A stretch of DNA of 64,000 nt from Dendrobates tinctorius (taxonomy: Eukaryota): NCBI RefSeq assembly GCF_039654945.1, contig NW_027362019.1, positions 744,001-808,000 on the forward strand, in the 5' to 3' direction. This document shows, piece after piece, positions 1 to 60,000 of the stretch. Every line of letters starts with the position of its first letter. The first letter of the stretch is position 1. Under the pieces are notes generated by a model, which saw only the letters and a program-made list of their open reading frames with translations, ran no database searches and was not told where the DNA came from. The position numbers were made by a program, and so were the translations under genes.

Positions 1-2546
1 ACAAGGAGTCTAGAAGCTTCAGCAGCCGGTCCCTCACACCATTCGGTTTGGGATGAAGATACTAGGGAAGATCGTGGCAGCAATGGAAGCAATTCCGTTT
101 GCTAAATTTCATCTTCGACCCCTACAGCACGCTCTCTTGTCAGCATGGGACAAGAACCCGTTCACTCTCGATCAGCGGTGCCGGCTGTCCTCTCAGGTCT
201 GGCAATCACTAGAGTGGTGGACGACCAGATCCTCCCTTCAGGGGAAACCGTTTCCCCCAGACCACTGGCTAGTGGTCACGACCGACGCCAGTCTCCTTGG
301 CTTGGGAGCAGTTTTTCGCCACCACACGGCCCAGGGCCGGTGGTCGCAACAGGAAGCTCGTCTCCCTATCAACTTGTTGGAAATACGAGCGATCTGGCAG
401 ACGCTGCCGCATTTCCAGCACCTCCTAGCAGGACGGCCCATTCGGATACAGTCAGACAACGCCACGGCGGTGGCTTATGTAAATCATCAAGGGGGCATGC
501 GCAGCAGGGCAACCATGCGCGAGATAGCACATGTGCTTCATTGGGCCGAGAAGAACCAGTCGGTAATTTCGACAGTCTACATCCCAGGCATAGAAAATTG
601 GGCAGCGGACTTCCTCAGCCGACAAGAGGTCGTGGCTGGGGAATGGGCCCTGCACCCCGAGGTCTTCCAGCAAATTTGCCAATTGTGGGAGAACACCGGA
701 TGTGGATCTGATGGCGTCCAGAATGAACGCCAAGGTGCCTGTGTTCGTCGCTCGGTCACGAGACCCACGAGCGTTCGGGGTGGATGCGTTGGTCCTACCA
801 TGGAACCAGTTTCGCCTTCCATACCTGTTTCCCCCGTTGCCATTGCTTCCGAGGGTCGTTAGGAAGATCAAAGCAGAGGGGGTCTCAGCAATTCTGCTGG
901 CACCAGACTGGCCCCGGCGGGCGTGGTACGCAGATCTTGTGCGGCTGCTCACCGACGTCCCATGGCGACTGCCAGAGTGCCCAGATCTACTGCACCAGGG
1001 ACCGATCTTCCACCCGAGCTCAGGAGCCCTGTGTTTGACGGCATGGCCTTGAATCTTGGATTCTAACTCAAGCAGGTTTTGAGCGTATGGTGGTCGCTAC
1101 AATGGTTAGCGCCAGTAAACTGACCTCGGCGAAAATTTACCACCACACCTGGAAAGTTTTCTTCACTTGGTGTCGAGAGTGGGGTCGTTCGCCCCTGACA
1201 TTCTCTATTCCCAACATCTTGGCCTTTCTTCAATCAGGCCTAGACTCGGGGCTGGCCCAGAGCTCCATTAGGAGACATATCGGCGTAGTCCGTCCTTTTC
1301 CAGCGAAAGATTGCTACTAATATGCAGGTAAAGACTGGGAGTCTCTCACCTAGTACCTCCCTATAAGGCGCCGATGGGCACCTGGGACCTTAACCTGGTC
1401 CTGAGTGTTCTGCAGGAAGCGCCTTGTGAGCCGCTACAGGATATTTCCTTATCATTCATCTCTTGGTGGTATTCTTTGCAGCCATTACCTCCGTTAGGCG
1501 AGTCTCGGAGTTGGCGGCTCTGCCTTCCGAGCACCTTTTCTCGCTTTCCACAAGGATAAGGTGGTGCTTAGACCAGCTCCCCCCTTTCTTCCGAAGGTGG
1601 TGTCCTCTTTTCACATCAATGAGGATATTGTCTTGCCTTCATTCTGTCCGGCACCGGTGCATCGCGTGGAGAAAGCTCTTCACACCTTAGACCTGGTGAG
1701 AGCACTCAGGAGGTACGTGTCGCGGACGGCACCTTTTTGCCAGACTGATACGTTGTTGGTGTTCCCTGAGGGGCGCAGGAGGGGACTCGCGGCCTCAAAA
1801 GCGACCATAGCCAGATGGATCCGTTTAACAATTCAGGAGGCCTATCGCATCAGAGGTGCGCCAGTTCCATCAGGCATCAAAGCGCACTCAACTCGGGCAA
1901 TGGGCGCCTCTTGGGCGCTTCGGCATCAGTCCTCGGCGGAACAGGTATGCAAGGCGGCGACCTGGTCCAGCCTGCACACATTTACTAAACATTACAGTAT
2001 CCATACTCAGGCTTCGGTGGATGTGAGCCTGGGTAGAAGGATTCTCCAAGCAGCAGCGGCGCACCTTTGAACAAAGAGGTGCATGCAGCTTGGATCGGTG
2101 AGTCAATCTCCCACCCAGGGACTGCTTTAGGACGTCCCACAGTACCTGTGTCCCCCAATGAGACGAAGAAGAAACATGGATTTTTGTGAGTACTCACCGT
2201 AAAATCCTTTTCTCCGAGACGCTCATTGGGGGACACAGCACCCACCCTATTAGCCAGTTGGCTCTAGTTTATTTAATGAATGTGTATTTCTATTGTGAAT
2301 ATCAGGGTGGTTTTTTCTTTGCCAGACATATTGTTTTCGGCATTAAGGCTGATTGTTATTGTTCTTCTACTGCTTTTGCACTAAACTGGCTTCTGCCCGC
2401 AATCAGGGCGAGGGTGTATACAGTGGGGGAGGAGCTAACCTTGTGTTGCCTAGTGTCAGCCTCCAGATGGCGGTACCTGTGTCCCCCAATGAGCGTCTCG
2501 GAGAAAAGGATTTTACGGTGACTACTCACAAAAATCCATGTTTTCT
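1..2546 (+). mobile_element. DIRS1-type tyrosine-recombinase retrotransposon, 3' part, degenerate
   Basis: RNase H motifs (TTDAS, INLLE, IQSDN) at 53-690. Methyltransferase-like segment (DLMAS, LFPP, APDWPRRAWY) at 702-1052. Frameshifted tyrosine recombinase (RRVSEL, AHSTR, FTKHY) at 1087-2070. An inverted pair at ~2175-2238 / ~2477-2540 matches the ICR and right terminal repeat arrangement. Confidence 0.9.
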
Positions 2547-5324
2547 ATAACTTGCGTTTATTTGTGAAAAAAAATGAAAATTTGGTGAAAATTTAGCAAT
2601 TTTCCAACTTTGAATTTTCATGCCCTTAAATCACAGAGATATGGCACACAAAAATCTTAATAAATAACATTTCCCACATGTTTACTTTACATCAGCTCAA
2701 TTTTTTAACCAAAATTTTTTTTTTGTTAGGACGTTATAAGGGTTAAAAGTTGACAAGCGATTTCTCATTTTTGCAACACCATTTTATTTTTAGGGACCAC
2801 ATCACATTTGAAGTCACTTTCAGGGGTCTATATGATAGAAAATACCCAAAAGTGACACCATTCTAAAAACTGCACCCCTCAAGGCGGTTTTTATGTTTGG
2901 CAGCTGTCACACGCTAAAAGACGCTTTTTATTGTAAAAATAGCTTTTGGATCACCACATTTTGAGAGCTATAATTTTTCCATATTTTGACCCACCGAGTC
3001 ATGTGAGGTCTTATGTTTTGTGGGACGAGTTGACGTTTTTATTGGTACCATTTTCGGCCACGTGACATTTTTTGATCATTTTTTATTCCGATTTTTGGGA
3101 CGCAGAATGAGCAGAAACCAGCGTTTCATGAATTTCTTTTGGGGGGGGTGCGTTTACACCGTTCCGCGTGTGATAAAATTGATAAAGCGGTTTTATTCTT
3201 CGGGTCAGTACGGTTACAGCGATACCTCATTTCTCGTTTTTTTATGTTTTGGCGCTTTTATACAATAAAAACTATTTTATATAAAAAAATTATTTTTGCA
3301 TTGCTTTATTCTGCGAGCTATAACTTTTTTATTTTTCCGTTGATGACGCTGTATGGTGGCTCGTTTTTTGCAGGAAAAGATGACGTTTTCAGCGGTACCA
3401 TGGTTATTTATATCCGTCTTTTTCATCGCGCGTTATTGCACTTTTCGTTAGGCGGTATGATGATAAAGCATTGTTTTTTGCGTTTTTTTATGGTGTTCAC
3501 TAAAGGGGTTAACTAGTGGGACAGTTTTATAGGTCGGGTGATACCAAATATGTGTACTTACATTGTTTAGAATTTTTTTTTCATTCAATTATTTTAGTTA
3601 TAGAATAAATATTGATTTTTTGATAATTCTAAAAAAAATATTTTTACAAATTCATTTTTTTACTTTATTTGTTGCAAGCGACTATATTAATGGTATAACG
3701 GCGACCGCAAAAAAAGTCAGATTTTTCATTTAATTTCTCCTCTGATGTGATTGCACATCAGAGGAGAGAGAAATAGGGTCCCCCGATCACTCCCCCCCCC
3801 CCCCCCCCGATACCTCCACTGTCCCTGCACGCCCCCTGAAGTCCTCCGGGCCTCAGGCTTCTTCCGGGAGAAAATAGCGAGCGCATGTGCAGTGCACTCG
3901 CCGAGATCTGCTGGCTGGCACTCGGCACCAATAGATTTTTTCCTATTGGTTCATTTTGATCACTGTGATCAAAATAAAAAAAAATATAGTAAATCAAACC
4001 CCCCGTTATCACCCCCTTAGGTAGGGAAAAATAATAAAATAAAAAAAAGTATTTATTTCCATTTTCCCATTAGCGTTAGAGTTGGGCTAAAGTGAGGTGG
4101 GCTAGGGTTAGGGTTGAGGCTAAAGTTAGGGTTAGGGTTGAGGCTAAAGTTAGGGTTAGGGTTGAGGCTAAAGTTAGGGTTAGGGTTGAGGCTAAAGTTA
4201 GGGTTAGGGTTGAGGCTAAAGTTAGGGTTAGGGTTGAGGCTAAAGTTAGGGTTAGGGTTGAGGCTAAAGTTAGGGTTAGGGTTGAGGCTAAAGTTAGGGT
4301 TAGGGTTGAGGCTAAAGTTAGGGTTAGGGTTGAGGCTAAAGTTAGGGTTAGGGTTGAGGCTAAAGTTAGGGTTAGGGTTGAGGCTAAAGTTAGGGTTACG
4401 TTTGGGGTTAGGGTTAGGTTTGTGGTTAGGGTTAGACCTGATATTAGGGTTAGGGGTGTGTTGGGGTTAGGGTTGGAGTTAGAATTGGGGGATTCCACTG
4501 TTTGGGCACATCAGGTGCTCTCCAAATGCAACATGGCGTCTGATCTCAATTCCAGCCAATTCTGAGCTGAAAAAGTCAAACGGCGCTCCATCCCTTCCAA
4601 GCTCTGTCATGTGCCCAAACAGTAGTTTTCTCCCAAATATGGGGTATCCGCCTACTCAGGACAAATTGCACAACAACTTTTGGGGTCCGAATTCTCCTTT
4701 TACCCTTGGGAAAGTTTAAAAAAAAAAAAAAGTATCAGAAGTAAATTTTTTGTGGAAAAAAAGTTAAATCTTCATTGTTTTTTCTTTAAACATCCCAATA
4801 ATTCCTGTGAAGCACCTGAAGGGTTAATAAACTTCTTGAATGTGGTTTTGAGCACCTCAAGGGGTGCAGTTTTTAGAATGGTGTCACTTTTGGGTATTTT
4901 CTGTCATATAGACCCCTCAAAGTGACCACAAATGTGATGTGGTCCGTAAAAATAAAATGGTGTAAAAATGAGAAATCGCTGGTCAACTTTTAACCCTTAT
5001 AAAATTGTGCTGATGTAAAGTAGACATGTGGGAAATGTTATTAAGCTTTTTGTGTGCCATATCTCTGTGATTTAAGGGCATAAAAATTCTAAGTTATAAA
5101 ATTTCACAATTTTCGCCAAATTTCCATTTTTTTCACCAATAAACTCAAGTCATATCCAATACATTTTACCACTAACATGAAGTCCAATATGTCAGGAGAA
5201 AACAATGTCAGAATCACCGAGATCCATGGAAGCTCCAGAGTTATCACCTCATAAAGGGACAGTGGTCAGGAAGTGTAAAAATTGGGCAGTCATGAACGTG
5301 CAGACCACCCTCGGGGGTAAAGGG
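2547..5324. mobile_element. AT-rich non-autonomous DNA element remnant with long subterminal inverted segments (possibly piggyBac-type)
   Basis: ~2580-2880 is inverted relative to ~4855-5130 (e.g. ttataagggttaaaagttgac / gtcaacttttaacccttataa); no coding capacity; family assignment is inference. Confidence 0.5.
4075..4485 (+). repeat. Telomere-like 24-bp tandem repeat (GTTAGGGTTAGGGTTGAGGCTAAA), ~12 copies plus degenerate TTAGGG flanks
   Basis: Seen directly. Confidence 0.9.
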
Positions 5325-5553
5325 CAATGGCACCAAATACCAATGAAACGGATGGAAACTTTTGACTTTGCAGTGAGTAATAAGTAATTAAGCATTCTCT
5401 CTCATTACTCTGACATTTGGCCAACATTAATAATTACAGTAATCCTAATTGACCTAAAACAAGAGAGTTTTATTCTGATTTCATGTCAGATATTGAGAAA
5501 ATCCTGCAGATGTGTCTTTACATAGTGGCTGGAAACGTCTGGATTCAGCGGTA
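5323..5553 (+). mobile_element. Tc1 (Sleeping Beauty-like) right-end remnant
   Basis: GNGTKY-like transposase end followed by sequence resembling the SB-type right IR/DR (cattctctctcattactctgacattt; atcctaattgacctaaaac). Confidence 0.55.
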
Positions 5554-5664
5554 TATGCTTCTCTTACAGTGCGGTGGCCTCCTGCCCTGTGCTGCTCTCG
5601 TCTCCCCCACTGATAACTGCCCTGCCCCATTGCAATTGCTATCCCAGGTTCAAAGGAGACTGGG

Positions 5665-6160
5665 GAAGATGGAATATCAGAGACCCTATTACTGTGCTGT
5701 CATTTCCATGCTGATATCTGCCCCACCACACAAGATTTCCATGGTAGGAAAGGGGTGGTGTGGAATGTCAGAGACCCCATTACTGTACCGCCATTTCCCT
5801 GCTGATATCTACCTCATTGCACAAGCTGTCTCTGATTGGAAGGAGACAGGGGTGGAAATATTATTCACCCCACTGTGCCCCTCTTTTTTACACTATTTGC
5901 CCCATCACATGTGCTTTCATAAGTCGTAAGGAGACAGAGGTGGAATATCAGAGACCCCATTACTGTGCTGTCATTTCCATGTTGATATCTGCCCCATTAC
6001 ACATTCTATCCTTGGTTGGGAGGTGACGAGGATGGAATATCAGAGACCCCATTACTATGCCGTCATTGCCCTGCTAATATTTGCCCCACCACACAAAATT
6101 GTCAAGGTTGGAAAGAAGTGTGGGTAGTCAGAGACCCCGTTACTGTTCTGTTATTTTCCT
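5665..6160. repeat. Degenerate ~90-bp tandem repeat, ~6 copies
   Basis: Recurring ggaatatcagagaccccattactgtgctgtcatttcc. Confidence 0.75.
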
Positions 6161-6371
6161 GTTGTTAATGTTGAGAGGTCACACATTGTGTGGTCAGATG
6201 TTTGAGGGGTCAGACTGTGGGGTGGGGGTCACTTAATATAAAAGAGAAGGACCTCTGTAGAAACCCTGCTGTGGACCCACAGGTTTCCAACTACTTTTGG
6301 TTCTTGAGACATTCCTCAGAACAATGATAATCTTGGGGTCACAGGATCTAATCTGCTGCTTTCATTTACAG

Positions 6372-54639
<48,268 letters not shown>

Positions 54640-55000
54640 GTAACTACTGCTGCTGATATTTACAGGGAGAACCCCGACAACTGACATTATCATCTGCGGG
54701 AAGAACTCCAATGTTATAATAGTATAGTAACGCACTTGAGGACAAAGGTAACATCTGACTAGACATCCTGACCCCGCAGTCCCTAGTGGTAACTGTGTAA
54801 GCAGAGATAGTCTGTGGTTAGGGCTAGAGGATGGCAGCTCGGACCTATGCTGCATGAAAGGCCCTCGAGCGCTTCTCATTCCTCCTAAAGAAGCGGAGGG
54901 CAGAGTAGAGTGAAAATTACCTACAGAAGGAAAAATACTCAGAATTGAGAGTCCTCAGTGGTTGATACCTTTTAATGGCCAACTGAAAAGATGGTGACAC

Positions 55001-55041
55001 ATTGCAGCTTTCGAGACTCCTCAGGTCTCTTCATCAGGCTA
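55001..55041 (-). ncRNA. Hammerhead-like motif (Penelope)
   Basis: Reverse complement reads CTGATGAaGAGACctgaggaGTCTCGAAAgctgcaat. Confidence 0.6.
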
Positions 55042-56160
55042 GACTAATACAAAATCTGAAGTCACATATTTATACACAAAACAGCACAGAAATAACTCAA
55101 TAGATAAGACAAGTGACGTGAAGCGGAACTATCAATATGGGGGAGTGATAGACAAATATTGGAACAGTTCATAGATAAGGAGTGTGAAAGTTTTATTGTC
55201 CTCTGATTGGGGTCTGGTTCTGTGTTGTGTGATGCCCCCACAAGGTCTGAGCAGCAAATTCCTTAACTGATGTAAAAAGACATAAATCCATGCTAATTTC
55301 TGCACTGAGTGTGTCAAAGGTTGTCATGAGTTTAGACTCTTCTGTCTCGCTGAGACTTGAAGTTTCCTTTTAATACAAGTAATTTCATGTCCATGGTGCT
55401 GTGGTCAGGGAGACAAGTGTTTGGCCACAGGTAGGTCCATTCTTTTTTCTTTTATTGTGTGGCAATGAGAATTCATCCTTGCTCTCAGTTTTTGCCCGGT
55501 GATGAGGCTGAATGTACTCACATCAGGACTACAAGATCCCAGGTACTTTCAGCGGCATCACATCTAATGTGGTGTACCTAATCATTTGTACTAAATGTCT
55601 AACTGGGGGTCTGTATGTGGGGGAGACAGGGCAAAAACTGAGAACAAGGATGAATTCTCATCGCCACACAATAAGAAAAAAAAAAAAAAGGATCTACCTG
55701 TGGCCAAACATTTTTGTATGCCTCACCACAGCACCATGGACATGAAATTACTGGTACTGAAAGGTAACTTGATATCTCAGAGAGACAGAAAAGTCTGGGA
55801 GTACAAACTTATCATGGACATGAAATTACTTATATTAAAAGGTAACGTCAAGTCTCAGAGTTACCTGAAGACTTTGGGAGTATAAACTCATGACGACCTT
55901 TGACAGTCTCAGTGCAGGAATTAATGTGTCACATGGATTTATGTCTTTTTACATAAATTCTGGGGGCATCACAACACAGAACCAGACCCCAATCAGAGGA
56001 CAATAAAGCTTTCACACTCCTTATCTGTGAACTGCTCCAATATTTGTCTATCCCTCTCCCATAATGACAATTCTGCTTCACGTCACTCGTCTTATCTATT
56101 GCGTTATTTCTGTGCTGTCTTGTGTATAGATATGTGACTCTTTAGATGTTGTTTTAGTCT

Positions 56161-56200
56161 TTGCCTGATGAAGAGACCTGAGTCGTCTGGAAAGCTGCAA
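56161..56200 (+). ncRNA. Hammerhead-like motif (Penelope)
   Basis: TTGC-CTGATGA-stem II-GAAA-gct-GCAA; stem I TTGC/GCAA; one stem II mismatch. Confidence 0.5.
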
Positions 56201-57015
56201 TGTGTTACCATCTTTTCAGTTCGCCATTAATAGGCATCAACCACTGAGGACTCTCAATTCTGAATATTTATCTATCTACTGGTCAACATGGTACAAGGAT
56301 ATATATCTTTCCTGCTACAGAAGGGAAAGTGTGCTGAAATAGAAAGAGATCCCAGAGTGCATAAAGTGGATTTAGTATGTACTGTTAGAGAATTAACCGC
56401 CTACTTCTTAAGAAGACTCAGAAGATTGGTGCAGGATAAAGAACATACACATTGAAGAGAGAAACCCTATGTGAACTTTCACCGACAGGTTTAAGCCACA
56501 GCAGTATGGCCGGACATCAAAAAGAGACTATCACCAGCAGGGGGAAAGTATATAAAGCTGCACATGAAAGGTGATAGGGCAGAGAGCTGACAAAATGAAC
56601 TCACCTGGTACCCTAAAAAAACTGCAGCAAGAATAACAGAAACTAAGCACCCGGAGAAAACCTGAATCTGCTGTGCTTGGCGGACAAAGAAGCCGACCAC
56701 AAAGCACACTTAGAAGACAGACTTCTGACATTACCCTCCTTCTACAAGGGGCCACTGAGATCCCCAACCTCTGACAGAATTCCCTCACTAGGTCATCCGA
56801 ATGCAAATATTTCACACCAACCCAGGAATTATTCTCCGGACCGAAACCAATCTATTTAATGAGGTTTTGCAGTTTGTGTCTGACACGTCTGGAACCTAAA
56901 ACTCGTTCCACCTTATTCTCCTTGTCCTTCTCCAAATCAACCTCCGTGATGTCCATTGCAGTTTAGCAATGATAAATGTAAGGTTATACACATGGGAAGA
57001 AGGAATCAATATCAC

Positions 57016-60000
57016 CCTTTTGGAAGTGCATTGAGCAGCAAGGTGGTGTGTTGGTAAAAGGGGGAAAAAAAAAATCTTTTAAATCTTCTGCCTGAGCGAG
57101 TGTGAACGAGCTGAGTGTGACCTGAGCGTAAGTGCGAACTGTGTGAGACTTGAGATTCAGTGAAGAGGTGTTTGGAAAACCTATAACAAATACCTGTGTG
57201 AGTTGCTGAATTGTAGGTTGCTGAGTGCTTTCTACCTGTCCAATTTTTGGGGGGGCTTGGGGGCTTGTTTAACCTATTTTTTTTTTTATTTTTTTTCTCT
57301 CTAATCTTTAATCTCTTATTTTACTATCTGTGTTTTTAAGGGTTAACTATATTGCATTTAAATCTTGAGGTGTAACTATATTCACAAGGGGTTAATTAAG
57401 GGTGGGAGTTCATACAGTAATTAAGGGTTTATAAGGGGCAGCTGGTTGGGGCTTAACTCCTTTTGGAAGTGCATTGAGCAGCAGGGTGGTGTGCTGGTAA
57501 AAGGGGAAAAAAAAAAAAAAAATCTTTTAAATCTTCTGCCTGAGCGAGTGTGACCGAGCGGAGTGTGGCCTGAGCGTAAGTGCGAACTGTGGTAAGTGTG
57601 TGACTTGAGATTCAGTGACTTTGGATTCAGGGAGTTTCCCAGGGAGGTCTTACTGAATTACTGTTATATTTTATTAATACTTTTTGTTTATTTTTGCTTA
57701 TCTTTTTGTCTGGTGCAATCCCCATTAGGATGTGCTCCACTATTGCCAATGCCATCCAGTGCACGTCTTGCCGCATGTATGAAATCCTTGAACAGCCGGT
57801 GGAGGGTGCATACTGCTGTGCGAGATGTGAGCACGTTGTGCATTTGGAAGCCCAGATACTGGATCTGAATGTGCAGCTGGCAACACTGAGATCCATAGAC
57901 AATATGGAAAGGAGTCTTCTGCTCACTGAGCATCAATGGGATAGATGAGGGGGGGGATGCTAGGTTGGAGCTGCAGGACAGTGAAGCAGCTAGCTGGGTG
58001 ACAGAAGGCGGGGTAGAGGGAAGAGCACCAGGGAGGCTAGTCCTGATCTGGCACACCCCAATAAGTTTGCTAAGTTGGCAGATGAGGGGAGTGTTAGTGC
58101 AGGAGTAGCACTGCTGCAGCAAGGCATGTCCTCTGAAAGCCGGAGGAGTGTCTGCTCCAGTAAGGGGGGAAATAGGAGAGCAGGGCAGGCCAGACAGGTT
58201 CTGGTAGTGGGAGACTCAATTATTAGGGGAACAGTTAGGGCAATCTGTCACAAAGACAGGGATCGTCGGACGGTGTGCTGCCTACCTAGCGCTCGAGTCC
58301 GACACATCGCTGATCGGGCTGACAGATTACTGGGAGGGGCTGGTGAGGACCCAGCGGTCATGGTGCACATTGGCACAAATGACAAAGTTAGAGGTAGGTG
58401 GAAGGTCCTTAAAGATGATTTCAGGGAATTAGGCTGCAAGCTTAAAGCAAGGACCTCCAAGGTGGTATTTTCGGAAATACTTCCTGTACCATGTGCCACA
58501 CTAGAGAGGCAACGGGAGATTAGGGAGGTTAATAAGTGGCTCAGGAATTGGTGTAGGAAGGAGGGTTTGGGTTCCTGCAGAACTGGGCCGACTTCTCAGT
58601 TGGCTACAGGTTCTACGCCAGGGACGGGCTGCACCTCAGTGGGGAGGGAGCAGCTGTGCTGGGGGAGAAAATGGCTAGAAGGTTGGAGGAGTATTTAAAC
58701 TAGGGACAGGGGGGGAGGGTATTCCTTTTATAGGAGGGGAAGACAGTGCAGATAGAGACCTGGGCGCAAATAATGAAATTGGGGGTGGGGGTGGCATGGG
58801 GGGTGGGGTTAGAACAGTTAATTTAAGGAAGAATAGAGGTACAGAGAGATACATAAAGTGCATGTATACTAATGCCAGAAGCCTCGCCAACAAGATGGAG
58901 GAATTGGCGACACAAAGCTAGGAGGGATAGCTAATACTAGAGAAGAGAGAGAGAGAGGATTCAAAAAGATATAAATAAACTGTAGCAGTGGGCAGCAAGT
59001 AACAGAATGGTTTTTAACAGGGAGAAATGCAAAGTACTACATCTGGGCAATAAAAATAAAAAAAGCATATACAGAATGGGAGGAATAGGCCTAAGCAACA
59101 GCACATGTGAAAAAGACTTGGGTATACTAATAGATCACAGACTGAATATGAGTGAACAGTGTGATGCAGCAGCAAAAAAAGCAAATGCAATTCTAGGATG
59201 TATTAACAGAAGCATACAGTCTAGATCACGTGAAGTCATTATTTCCCTCTACTCCTCTTTGGTCAGACCTCATCTGGAATATTGTGTCCAGTTTTGGGCA
59301 CCACATTTTAAAAAAGACATCAACAAACTGGAGCAAGTTCAGAAAAGAGCGACCAGAATGGTGACCGGTCTGCAAACCCTGTCTTATGAGGAAAGGTTGC
59401 AGGATTTGGGATTGTTTAGTTTGCAAAAGAGAAGACTGAAAGGAGACTTAATAGCTGTCTACAAATAACTAAAGGGCTGTCACATTGTAGAAGGATCAAC
59501 TTTATTCTCATTTGCTCAAGGAAAGACTAGAAGCAATGGGATGAAACTGAATGTGAGGAGACACAGATTAGATATTAGAAAACATTTTTTGACAGTTAGA
59601 GTGATCAATGAGTGGAACAGGCTGCCACGAGAAGTGGTGAGTTCTCCTTCAATGGAAGTCTTCAAACAGAGGCTGGACAGACATCTGACTGGGATGATTT
59701 AGTGAATCCTGCTTTGAGCAGGGGGTTGGACCAGATGGCCCACGAGGTCCCTTCCAACTCTACGATTCTATGAGTTAATGTTGTTGGAGCATAATTCTGC
59801 CATGGTGGGGATATCTGAGACATGGCCGGACGAGAGCCATGACTGGGCTGTTAATGTACAGGGCTATAGTCTGTTCAGAAATGACCGAACAAATAAGCGA
59901 GGGGGAGGGGGGTGTTTATATGTAAAATCATCCTTAAACCCATCCTACGTGATAATATATATGAATCTAATGAGAATGTAGAGTCCCTGTGGGGGGAGAT

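Larger units (their letters stand above)
54931..56314. mobile_element. Penelope-like insertion made of two inverted 3' ends
   Basis: - strand copy ~54931-55500 and + strand copy ~55515-56314 (GIY-YIG VVYLIICTKC..LYVGETG); flanking direct repeat CTACAGAAGG at 54921-54930 and 56315-56324. Confidence 0.88.

Noticed and set aside
1-2070. Bacterial or phage integrase/methyltransferase contamination
   Set aside because: The RNase H, methyltransferase, tyrosine recombinase order and the terminal structure are those of a DIRS retroelement.
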